DNA of 55,154 nt, the filler included, from Bipalium vagum (lineage: Eukaryota): NCBI GenBank assembly GCA_037834085.1. It is 3 parts of 3 records of this genome, joined end to end, with 100 filler letters (N's around TTAATTAATTAA, not from the genome) between each part and the next. Parts side by side here need not be neighbours in the genome. Positions count along the whole stretch, not along the records: positions 37,418 to 55,154 come from JBBMKC010053156.1; 2 more parts are not named here. The stretch is one strand, 5' to 3'. The position numbers were made by a program, and so were the translations under genes. The stretch's first letter is position 1, and every line of letters begins with the position of its first letter. Positions 39,175 to 50,499 of this stretch are shown here, in pieces. The notes beneath the pieces are model-generated. The model worked only from the letters and a program-made list of their open reading frames with translations. It was not told the DNA's origin and searched no databases.

Positions 39175-41945
39175 ATGTCGGAATCTAAGGAAGAAATCGA
39201 TTTATTAAGGTAGTAACTGGAAATTTATCAAACCCTTTACCGTATTTTATTACTGTTGCAAGCTAAAAATTCAATATATATTTTCATACCTTACTCTTTA
39301 ACAATTTACTTCGGTATTGCAAAACGTTTCTACTATGATAAAGTGGTGTTATTTTTTATTTTTGATTTTTTTGTTTAATTTAATTTATTTTTATAATAAT
39401 TTTCAGTAATTAATTTTTCTATTTAATAAATTTAATTCAGTTTTTAAATTAAACAATGGACAATGTATATATATGTGTATATGTGAGACGCGTGTTCAGT
39501 TCGTGCAAGATTTTGTTATTTTGCATTTTGTCGAATCTGTCGTGCACGCGGTTTTCATTATATTTCTCTTTCAGTGAAAAAGAGTTAGAAGATGGTGAGA
39601 TTGAAGATGGTGAATTAGATGAGCCTGAGTTGAAAACGACCATTGTTATTGAGCCTGAACCTATTGTTACTATTGATAACTATGGTGGCTCTGATGTTGA
39701 TTTTGATGATAAGTACGTTGTGTGTAATGATTGAAATGGATTTTACGAAATTGGTTTTTTTAGGACGTTTCTTAAAAACAAGAAACATAAACATCATAAA
39801 AAAGGCTTCCATAGGAAACGACATAATACTTCCGAGGAAACCAGTGATAATGTTTGGAAAAAAATTAGAAATAGTAATGATGAATTTGATGATTATCAGA
39901 CCGATATCAGTGGTCCTGTGATAAATAATATAAATATAAATAATATAATGGACAGTGAAATCGGTCCATCTGAAAATCGTTTTAATGATAATCCACAACA
40001 TTTTAAATCTAAATCTGATCACGAATTTCGTGAATGGCGTAAATCTGATTCTTTTGATAAATGGGGAGATTACGAAAGCGATGAAGATGATAAAAATATA
40101 TCTAAAATCGGCCATAAACAAAATTTTTCTTCTGAAATAATAAATAAACACAGTGAGGTCGTCTTGTCTCCGGTTTATGAGCCTAGTTCCATTGATAATA
40201 ATATTGAACAACATGAGGTTAGCAAATGGAATTATGATAGTGAAGATGAGACCGAATCATCTACCTTTAATAAAGATAATGTAGAAAGAAAAACATTTGA
40301 TGAATGTAATGTCAATGATAATAACAAATGGTATTCTAATAATAATAACAATAAAGACTGGAACGATTTTTCATACCAAAATAAAGATGATTTAAATTTG
40401 CCTAAGAACCTTACTACTGATATGCAAGATTTAAAAGATAATTCACCAATTGTTAAAACGGGTTGGGGTTCTTATGACAGTCCTTGTGATGATAATGATG
40501 ATGTATATAAAAAGCCTGAATTGCCCGATAGTCCTCAAAAAACGATAAACGAAAGTTTTGGTAAGTGGAGTTCTTATGAGAGTCCTGAAAAGGCAACTGA
40601 TGAAAATCCGAAATGGGATTCTAATCAAATTAATGACAATGATCATGATCATGAATGGAATACTAGAAGAAATGATGATGGTAGTCAGAAATGGAGTTCT
40701 AGGGATAGTCCAAGAAGAAACGATGATGATTCGCAGCGATGGGGTTCAAGAGATGGTTATCGTAGAAATAATTTTCGTAGATGGGGCTCACGTGATGGCT
40801 TGCGCAGAAATAATAATAATAATTTTAGACGCTGGGGTTCACGTAATGGACCACAAAGAGGAAATAATCAAAGATGGGGCTCTTTTAGTAATAATAATAA
40901 TGATAATAAACCATGGGACTCTTCTAACAAAGATAGTTCACAGTATAATAATGATAATAAAAGATGGGAATCAAATAATGGAAGTCCTCAAAATATCAAC
41001 GAAAATGAGAATTCATCTTGGAGTCCCCAAGCTTTAAGCACTACACAAGTCAATGATAATCAAGATATTGAAGCTCCCGAAAAAGCTAAATGGGGTGTTT
41101 ATGATAGTGATGATAATCAAGATCAACTGACAACTTCAAATGATCCAATAAATGAGACCGATGGAACTACCAGCTTTGGATTTGAAGTTAATCCTGATAA
41201 AAATAGATGGGAATCTCAAAGTAATACAAAAAAAGACGATGATGTTGAACCTGGTTCGGGTTTTAATAAGTGGGGTTGTTTTGATAGTGACGAAGAAGAA
41301 GCATCAATAAAAAGAAACACTAGCAGCATGGATAATGCTAACAGCTCAAAATGGAAGTCATTTAACAATGATGGCGAAGGGAGGTCCGATTCATTCTTTG
41401 AAGCGAGAAATCCGTCAAATTACAACAATAATTGCAGCTGGAATCGAAATGATATGGATGACTTCCAGAATGAAAGAAATGATTTTAAGAATGATAAAAG
41501 CAAACGTTGGGCAAATCGTAACGATGGAGATAAACGAAGTGTCTGTAAATATTTTAGTATGGGGTCATGTAGGCATGGAGATCGGTGTACATTTTTGCAT
41601 TCGTCTCCACCAAAACCCGTTAATCAGGAAAATAAAAAAAAAGAACTTTGCAAATTCTACGAGCATCAACAGTGCTACAAACGTACAAATTGTATATATT
41701 TGCACGAAGAATTTCCTTGTAAATTGTTTCATGCTGGCTCGAAAATGTGTCCATCGGGTGACAGTTGCAAATATTCTCATGCTCCATTGAATCAGGAAAC
41801 GAAAACTCTGTTAGAAAAATATCTGGATGAAAAGGTAGATTTTATATTTGGATTTTTTTTGATTTTGATGTTTATATTATCAATTGAGGAACCTATGATG
41901 TGGATATTGTCGATTATTAAATCTTAATTAAATTTCATTTAAAGC

Positions 41946-41982
<37 letters not shown>

Positions 41983-44900
41983 GTTAATTAAAATGTCATC
42001 TTAATTAGTTAGGATATTATGAAAACTGAATCTGATTGGTATATAAATAAACAGCGGTTCTTAAAATATTTAGGATAAGAAATTTTATGTTGCCCCATAA
42101 AATATGACGCTTTTCTTAACAAGTTTCAACTGATATTTTTTTATTTTACAAAATTCAAAAACAAAATTAACATCCGTCGTTTTGAAGGAGCAGAACCCAA
42201 TACTGGGGTAACCAAATCTTTTGGATTTCACCTTTATATCATTTTGCAGGTCTTGAGTAAAAAAAACTTAATCATTAAGACCTTTATTTTCAAAGCGCAG
42301 TGGTCGGAGAAAATGTGACATTGAGAGAAAAAAAAAAGAAAGTCAGAAGCTGCAATATCTGGCGAGAACGACGGTTAAGGCTGTTAATAATTGTTATTGA
42401 TTTTCGTGAAGTATGAGGCATTATCTGCTTGTAGTAAAATCTTTGCCCGATTGATTTAAGAAGGATATATCGTTGTTATATTTTCGTGCAATCTCTCCAG
42501 TTGAACTGAATAAATGTCCGAGTTTAAAGTATTACAGAAGTTCAAATATGAGAATTCCATCGCAGTTCCAAAAGATTGTCAATGGTGAAACTTTGCAGAA
42601 TAATTCAGTGGTTAATTGATGAATTAATTGAGTCAGATTGGATTGAACAAATTCTTTCAAGATTTATTCATCAAACACGGATACCCTTCCAAAAATAAAT
42701 TGAAATTGGAAGATGGTGTCACTCGATTTGAACTTTGCAAACCACGGTATGTCCTCTTGTTTATCTTGTCTGCACTTTCAATTTCTATAATAAAATGAAC
42801 GGCTTCCAGCGTAGCAAATTTTTTCTGGTATCTATCGTAAAATTAGTAAAATATTAGTGTTTGGCGATGAAAAAGATTATTAAAACAAACATTTCTCATT
42901 ATTATATTTAAATGGTTAAGCGAATTTTAACACAACAATAAATTATCTCTTCATACACAAATGTTATGTTTCATTTAAGTCTCAATAACAAAAAGCGACA
43001 TTTTTATAGGACAACATAATGCAAATAATGGTTTTGTAAAAATATTTTTATACTACTTAAAAAGAAAAAGAATCATTGATTTCTGTTTGGACTTCTTTAT
43101 TTACTCTTATATGGAAAATATTGACACTTTAATTTAGGTTGATGAACGAATAGATAAAAACAGTTCAGAATGGAGTTCAAGTAAAACTTCATATTTTCTT
43201 TTGTTATTCTGTCATGATTTCGGTTAGTAATTAAAAAAGCCGCAGAAGAGGATATTGATGAAGACGGACCGTAACATTAATTATTTTTAATTTATCAAAT
43301 AAAAATTAATATTATAGTGTTGGGTTTGATCAACCAGACGGAATGTTATCTGATCCACTGGGATATAGATATTCTGGTGTTCAGGATTTGATGCGGTTCC
43401 CCGTTCGACCATGGAATGCAATGATGCGTTACAATATGTCAATGCAAGTTCCTCATCAAATGGATTTCATGCACAGACAAAGATTTCTTTGTCAATATCC
43501 TATGAACACTGGTCGAATGTTCCCAAGAGGTTTTCGGAGTATGGTTCCTTCAAATTTACATGAAGGTTTTTCAAAAGGGTATTCTTGTGTGATATTCTTA
43601 AATTTTAATTTTGTCAAAACATTTTCATAATCGTCAATTAGATAATACAATTATTTTTACATATATTATTAATTGGTCAATGTTTTCAATAAACACCTAT
43701 ATTATATTATTGCTTATTCTACCGTATTATTTTTGTTTTTCTCTTACAAAAAATCAATTGTTTCTATCTAAATTAATAAAAAATAATTACTTGTTAAAAT
43801 ACTTTGTCATTTGATTGGTTAAAAATGTGATCAGTTACAAAAATAAAAAAATTATTTAACAAATAACAATTGAAATCTTGTAAGCCTAAAGGAGAATTAA
43901 TATGAAATTCTAAACTTTTTTTTATCTGATAATCTTTTATTTTTGAAACTTGAGATATCAACATTCGAAAAACAAAGAAGAGTTTAACTTTCAGATTATG
44001 AAAAGTGGTATTTCTTTTTCACTTCAGCAAGCTTCGTTTTCAAATGATTAATAATTTCATGATCTTTGCATTTGATTTCGGATCAATTACCAATTTTACA
44101 CCTAGGGAAATCATATATCTTTTGTTTTAAAACACCTTTCGATAAAAGGTAATTAAAAATTTCTTCGGTTTTATTATTAAAAATTGGTTCTACAATTTTG
44201 GACAAATTAAATCTGACAACCTCAAACCCGGTCAATTAAATCTCACAACCCCGTCACACAACCAGTTAAATCTGACAACACCTTGAAAAAGTGTTTTGAG
44301 AACTTTATTTGAATTTAATCTTTAGAAATTAATAAAGAGTTTATTCAATATATGGGTCACAATTGTCCTTACAAAGCAAGAGATGAAGATGTAGATTTTA
44401 GGTTACTTTACCCAGAATAGATTCACTTATCTCATTACAGATTTGCACAATTCTCTGTGTTGAGTAATCAATAATGGCTGTTGAATCACGTTAAAAAAAG
44501 ATTCTTCAGATTTCCACGAAAAAAGAAGTCCATGGATAGATTTGGACTCTTGTAGTAAACTAATGGAACTTCATTATCAAATCATTTTTTCAGAAAACTA
44601 TCAGAAAATGATGAACTGCTAAACCGTTGTACAACGCTATATTATTTTTTTTAAAATGATTTCCTTTACAAATCTGATTTCTTACGGATGAAAAAAAAAT
44701 TAGTGTTATAGTATCATACTCAAAATATTAGGTATCAATAGACTTTTTGAATATCATAACCATTACAACTTTGTATAGTAACAATTTCGTTGGAATTTAA
44801 CTTGTATTTCTCATATTTCCAGAAGTTCATATAATTTAGTTATCGAAAGCTTGCTTTATCGGACTAATAAACATTTCCAATAACAATTTTATCACCCGTG

Positions 44901-46466
44901 TATAGACAGTCATTCTTCACAAATCATTTTTCCAGCTACAGTGTTCTTCAATTGTGCAAGATATTGAGGGTGAAAAGACGAATAAAATGTTTGACATTCG
45001 ACTGATTGATATTTTTAATTTGATTACAGGAATCTGTGAGAAAGCAGTTTTTTCGCGATTTTCTAATAGATCCACATTCTGGTCTTTTGGTATCCAGAAC
45101 AGTCTGTTTCTAAAAAATTCTTAAATGCTAGAAATAGATTTATATGTTTTCATGATTGCTCTTTACTTTCTCTTTTATCTTTGCCATAATTCTCAATCAT
45201 ATAAAATAAAAATGTATGATCAATATAAGTTTAAACTCTTGTACGAATGTTGTATTTATTTTCACCATAAAAAGCACTGTGTTCCACAATCAGGGGTTTG
45301 AGGGTAATTAAATTGCCTAAATTAGATAGTTTACTTAAGAAATCAATGACCTTTGCTATTCTAATTACACTTAAACAATTATGAATAAACATTTTTGTTT
45401 CAAAGTAAATTTTGAATATTCAGATAAATTCTTCTTTTTATAAATTTATTTATATTAAGTTCTGAAAATTCCAGAATGCCAATATATTCAATGCCAACTA
45501 TGACAGGAGCAAATCAAAAATTACATTCTGGAAACCTGTCGGATTTGAATGATAATTTCATCGTTTCAGATCCATATATTGATAATCTGGCTCAACTTGT
45601 GGTCAGCAGAGACTCTACTGGTTCTCCAAAACGACTGGTTGATATGCTTGATCCAAACTTGCAATGTGAAGATATTGACGATTTCTCACTAGAAATAGAA
45701 ACTAATAATTCAAAAACTAATTTATCTTCTCCCGTTGTTCTAAAATCGCCAGAAATTCCTCCAGGTGCATACGTTCCAAGAACAAGTATGAATATGGTTC
45801 AGCCTAATGTAAGATTGGTAAGAAATATTTTTTTTAGATGATAAATAAATGCTTAACTTTTAGGGACCAGGACCTGGATTTGGAGAACAACCTATGCTCT
45901 ATGGTGGATATCCAGGGCATCCTAACGAAACAGCCATGATGGATTATATCAATCTGTCGGCAATTCATTACTTTCATAACCACGGGGACCATATTGGCTA
46001 CGATTTTCCGTGGAAACTACTACTCCTTGAAGTTCCTGTTAAGGTTCCTTATCCATTAATGGTCATTGAAACTCAAGATTTACCACATAAATATACTGAT
46101 CCACGATTGAAGGGACATCCTAGTGTCTTTAATTCAAATAACACTAATAATAACTTTAATAAATCAATAACTCAGTCATATGATTTCAACAGTATTTCAA
46201 CTTTTGGATCACAGTTGTCATCACCGAATTTAGGAACAGGGAACTCTGAAACTTCTGATACATTAACACCAATAAATGATTTTCTGTCAAGATCTGATGA
46301 TCCAGAATCGCCATTATTTTCAATTGGAGAAGACTTGTTCAATTTTAAACAAAAAATTGAATCGCATCAAACGAGTGATCGATCTTATTTACAAGATCCT
46401 CGTTTTAAAAGGAAAAAGGTTAATGTAAATAGTACTGTTATTGAACAATCGGGTATGATGGAATGA
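39175..46466 (+). CDS. ZC3H4: ZC3H4/ZC3H6/Su(s)-family triple CCCH zinc-finger protein, 8 exons, ~1183 aa
   Basis: Exons 39175-39209, 39575-39712, 39764-41834, 43138-43180, 43228-43270, 43318-43578, 45460(or 45475)-45817 and 45864-46466. All introns are GT-AG and phase-consistent. Features: N-terminal EDGEIEDGEL, fingers VCKYF..G.C..GD.C.F.H / KKELCKFY...C....NCIYLHEEFPCKLFH...C..GD.CKYSH.PL, and C-terminal DPR motifs (TDPRL, QDPRF). ZC3H4 versus ZC3H6 cannot be resolved; it is probably a co-orthologue. Confidence 0.88.
41947..41982. repeat. (TTA)n microsatellite
   Basis: Direct repeat run. Confidence 0.9.
42086..43018 (-). mobile_element. mariner remnant with TIRs in ZC3H intron 3
   Basis: TATGTTGCCCCATAAAATATGACGCTTTT versus the reverse complement of the right end TATGTTGTCCTATAAAAATGTCGCTTTT. 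Peptides WFAKFKS, LTIFWNCDGILIFELL, FSPDIAASDF. Confidence 0.75.
44200..45320. mobile_element. Possible MULE/foldback-like remnant in ZC3H intron 6
   Basis: Three tandem TTAAATCT(G/C)ACAAC units at 44207-44279. CCTCAAACCC at the left has its inverse GGGTTTGAGG at ~45295. Internal coding is decayed. Confidence 0.4.
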
Positions 46467-46689
46467 GATGATATCTCTATTGTCTCTATCTCTTTCTCTC
46501 ACTCTTGTTACTTTTTTTGATGATAAACATTTTGTAAAAAATATTTTGTTTTAGATTTAGCACGTTTTTTGTAATACAATAAATTTGTATAAAAGGAATA
46601 ATGGAAGCTTAAGTTTATTACTGTTTTATATTTTTCATTATCAATAAAATATAACATTTTTCTTGAAAATGAAATAATATCATAGAGAC

Positions 46690-46900
46690 GCAATCCGATG
46701 ACCCACTCGTGAATGATGGTAGATCCAGTGACCCCAAACTGAATGTTTGAGTCAGTATCTTAGAGTTCCCTTTCAAGGTTGATAGTCACTTTAAGATAGC
46801 GTGCCAGGAAAAGGTCATCTTTGGTGAACACTCGCTTAAGCCAGAGCTTTCGTAATATCTGTGCTTCCACATTCTTTTCCTCAGAAGGTATTATTGGTTT
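46690..46900 (-). mobile_element. Possible PIF/Harbinger transposase HTH fragment
   Basis: TKDDLFL...INL...QFGVTGSTI..HEW resembles the HTH_Tnp_4 pattern (EDQLFL.L.KLR.N...DLA.RFGVS.STV..IF..W). Confidence 0.4.
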
Positions 46901-47289
46901 TGGTTATTGATATTATGACCAACCTGTTACCATTTGCGAGGTATTTTCATGAATCTTTTTGTTATACTTTTTAAATTTATTCGCTACAGTATTTTACTTA
47001 GTTTCTAAATTTTAAATACATTCAATACATCAAGATTATTCATAGAAATTCCTACATCATTATTTTACGTAAAGAATTTTTCATTGTAAGAAGTAATTTT
47101 CTCATTAATTAAACTCTTTACATCATAGTTATTATTTTTAATTAATTCCACAAGTAATGTGTAAAGATTAAAGCTTTCTCGACAACATATGGTTAATATA
47201 CACCATTTTCACCTCTATTTTGACAAAATGTTAATCACAACATGTATATCTACATGTTAAAAAATCAAAAACTTAATATATAAATACAT

Positions 47290-47620
47290 TTATTCATTAA
47301 TAATTTCCTTGTTCAAACATCTTTAATGTATGAAACCGTTTTCCTCTATCAATTTCCTTATTCGTGTAGTTTCTTAGTAGTACGAAAAGAAACATTGTCC
47401 ATTATTAAAAAAGCTAATGGTTTTTCTATTTATTCAAAAAGAGTCACCAAGATTGACCTCTCTTAGCTCTCATGCGTATATTACAGCCAACTTTGTCAAC
47501 AAAAAATACGTTACTTTCAGAAAATTAAGGAAGTTTAATAAATTCTTGTGCATAGCAAAATCTTGATTGTATATTGGAGGTATCATTTCTTTTTCTGGAA
47601 TATTAAACACTCGTTTCAAG
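47290..47620 (-). mobile_element. Possible IS630/Tc1 DDE fragment
   Basis: AFLIMDNVSFRT corresponds to the second-Asp motif IMDN..FH. Confidence 0.4.
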
Positions 47621-48139
47621 GTATATTTGTGTGTGTATTCTTCAATGTTTTAATCTAATTAATAAATAAATAAAAATGGAAGAATCATAACAAAACTTAG
47701 TAAATATTTTATCACAAAAATATTAATGATCTTTTATAATAAAAAGTAAGAAATCAGATATTATTACCAAATTACAAATTCAATTAATATTAAATCCAAA
47801 TTTTAATTATGAATTTGATTTATTACATTTTTCTTCATTTAATTCTATTTTTAATATTAAAGAAAATAATAAAATTATTATAGAAGTTACAAAGAAAAAG
47901 AATTTATATAAAAATAAAACTGACTCCGATTTCATTTAATTATATAATGATATTATCAAAAGACTGTGCAGTTATATTTTCAGAAAAAATGGTTAAGGAA
48001 ATATTTAGGATTTGAAACTATAAAAAAGATATTTAGAAAGAATTCATTATTCAAAACCAACAAATATTACAAGTTTAAATAGAATTAAGGTTTAATGTAA
48101 TATTGTTAAAGGAACTTTTTATATATAGCTTTTGTAGAG

Positions 48140-49290
48140 ATGCAAAATATAGTCGAATTTAAACCCTTACCAGCTATTAATGAAAGAGGAATATACTCCC
48201 CTGAAGATATTGACCGAGCCAAGGAAATAATACTCTTTCCTCAGGCACAAGAGAGAGGGATAATATAAATGATCACAAAAATCTACAATGCCCAACAAGG
48301 AAAGATGGATTATAATTTATTATTCGGAGCAGACCATTACATTCACGCAGCAAAAAGTGTCTTAACATATATTTGGGGAGGTTTTAATACATTCGCAACA
48401 TGGGTAGCCGGATTCTCTGGAATATATTTTATCTGTCAAATAATAAGAGGAATTGGTAGTAGTTTTATGTCAGGTTGCAGTTTACATCACGCACTAGGAT
48501 GCTCATGGACATTAGTTTTAGCCCTATGTCCACCAGTCGCCAACCGCGAATTACATAAAAGACATAGAAAAGATATTGATTTATTGAGAAAGCAATGTCA
48601 TTATAGGTACAGACCTATCACTAGAACTTCAAAGCACCGGCATCACCATAGGAAACATAATAATAGTAATGACGACAACGGATCAACACTGCCAAAACCT
48701 GCAATCACAGAACCAAAAGATTACTGGCCAAATTGGGATATAGAGGAACCGAAAGACATTTATAGTACCACCACACCCTTGATCTTATTTCACTCTCAGA
48801 TAAAATTCCAAGTCCTCTACCATCGCCCAAATCGAAGAAAAACCGGAAGCGCAAGAGTGTTCCGAGTTTGGTTCGATGGGCTAAGGAATTATTCTTTCCA
48901 TCCGATCCACACACTGAAGACTGAAGTAGTACAGAAGTAAACAGTACACAAGTTTTTCGCGCTCTACCAATAACTCACCCATTGGATATAGATGCACCTT
49001 TAACAAAATTTAGAGGAAAGAAAATTAAACAGGAGGTACAAATTACCCACAACCATGCTATTCCAAAATCCATACTATCCCCAAAGGGGAAACCATTCGA
49101 AGTAGTGGCAGTTATTGCTCGTGGTCCCAAAGGTGAGCATGTTATCTTACACATGCCTCAACCTTCTTTGGAGGACAAAAGTTTTGAATCCACCGGAGAA
49201 ATGTGGAGACTACAACTAGGTCAAGCCCCTAGTCAAGCGCAGAATTCAAATCAACCAAACCAAGAGCAACCAGTCCAAACCAAAAACTGA
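48140..49290 (+). pseudogene. Decayed chuvirus-like glycoprotein (env-like), C-terminal part with membrane anchor and long tail
   Basis: In frame from 48140: EFKPLPAINERGIYSPEDIDRAKEIILFP..*...IWGGFNTFATWVAGFSGIYFICQIIRGIGSSFMSGCSLHHALGCSWTLVLALCPPV. This matches the recalled chuviral-type G pattern GIY...DL......IMFP ... W.GF..FG...AG..GI......I..I...G..LH...G.S..L..A. Lesions: stop at 48266-48268, frameshift at ~48775, stop at ~48922. Confidence 0.7.
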
Positions 49291-49672
49291 TCGCTAATAT
49301 TGTGTTTATATTTACATGAACATTATTATCCTAAGAGTGTGCTTATTCTTACATTAACATTATTTCTCATATTGTGTGATTAGTATTTCCTTCAATTTTA
49401 TTTGATCCTCTCATTGTAAAAATATTAACATTATTTTCTTTGTTTCTATGTATAATTTGATATTTTCAGCGTAAAAATATACACGTGTCTTGTAAAATCG
49501 TTCTTGATAGATTTGTATAAATAAAAATAAGTAATAAATTAATAAATTAAGCAATAATAAATAATTAAAAAGGAGAATAGGAAATATCATAGTAAATAAT
49601 ATATTGATAATAAGATAATGTATATACAAATAATATCTTGCGGAATAGCATTAACAGTAGTATTATTTATGT

Positions 49673-50466
49673 GTAAGCGTAGAGTAATATATATTATTAT
49701 TAATGATTATAGTATTTATTTATCTATTTATTTATTAAAGTAAAATATGGAAAAATTAGGAAAAATTATAATAAAGTAACATAAATTTACTAATAATAGA
49801 AAATTGGTAAGAATTTTTATATTGGAAAATAAGAAAGTGGTAAAAATAGAAAAGAGAAGAACAAAAGAATTTTAATAAGGAAAAGAAAATTACTATTTAT
49901 GGAAAAGAGAGTAAAAAGAACAGTATAAAATAAAACAAAAAACTACAAGAAGTCGCACAAAAATAAATAAAAACAATAACAAAATAAAAATAATTGATAT
50001 TTGATATTCCCTTTTATTTAATTAAGCAGGCGTGTCTTGTTAGACAAGACACATTTTGTCCATAAAAAATAAGTAAATACTCAGGCCAGGACCTGAGGAT
50101 TATCTAACTTTTTCACTTTTCCGCTCCTTATAACTTTTTCTTATTACTGTTCATATTTCACACCCTAAGTAGGACGGTGAGATATATTTTTCTTCTTAAT
50201 TGAGGTCCTCTGAGCCTAAGAGCAAGAGGATTTTTCCTAAATAATAAATACAATTAATAAAATCAAATAAATCAGTCAAGATCGATATCACTTATTTGTA
50301 ATCTTAAACTTTATTTTGGACAAAATAAAATTATTAAAGTCGATTCTTTCTCTCAGTTAATTTAACTAATTATAACCGAATACCATAGTAAGCAACCTTC
50401 ACTCGTTATGACCTAAGCATAATAACCTCCACCTTTAACATCAACCCAATTTTTAGGATCTTAACA
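49673..50466 (+). mobile_element. LTR-like segment downstream of the env-like ORF
   Basis: TGTAAG...CTTAACA ends, an A-rich 5' half, a hairpin cluster at 50030-50230 and AATAAA at ~50256 and ~50323. No convincing PPT or TSD. Confidence 0.4.
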
Positions 50467-50499
50467 TAATTTATAAATAATATTAAATAATAATAATTT

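Noticed and set aside
39615-41790. Overlapping alternative-frame and antisense ORFs (39615-40214, 40558-41037, 41335-41790)
   Set aside because: These are shadows of the AAT/GAT-biased CCCH exon, giving M/I-rich low-complexity translations.
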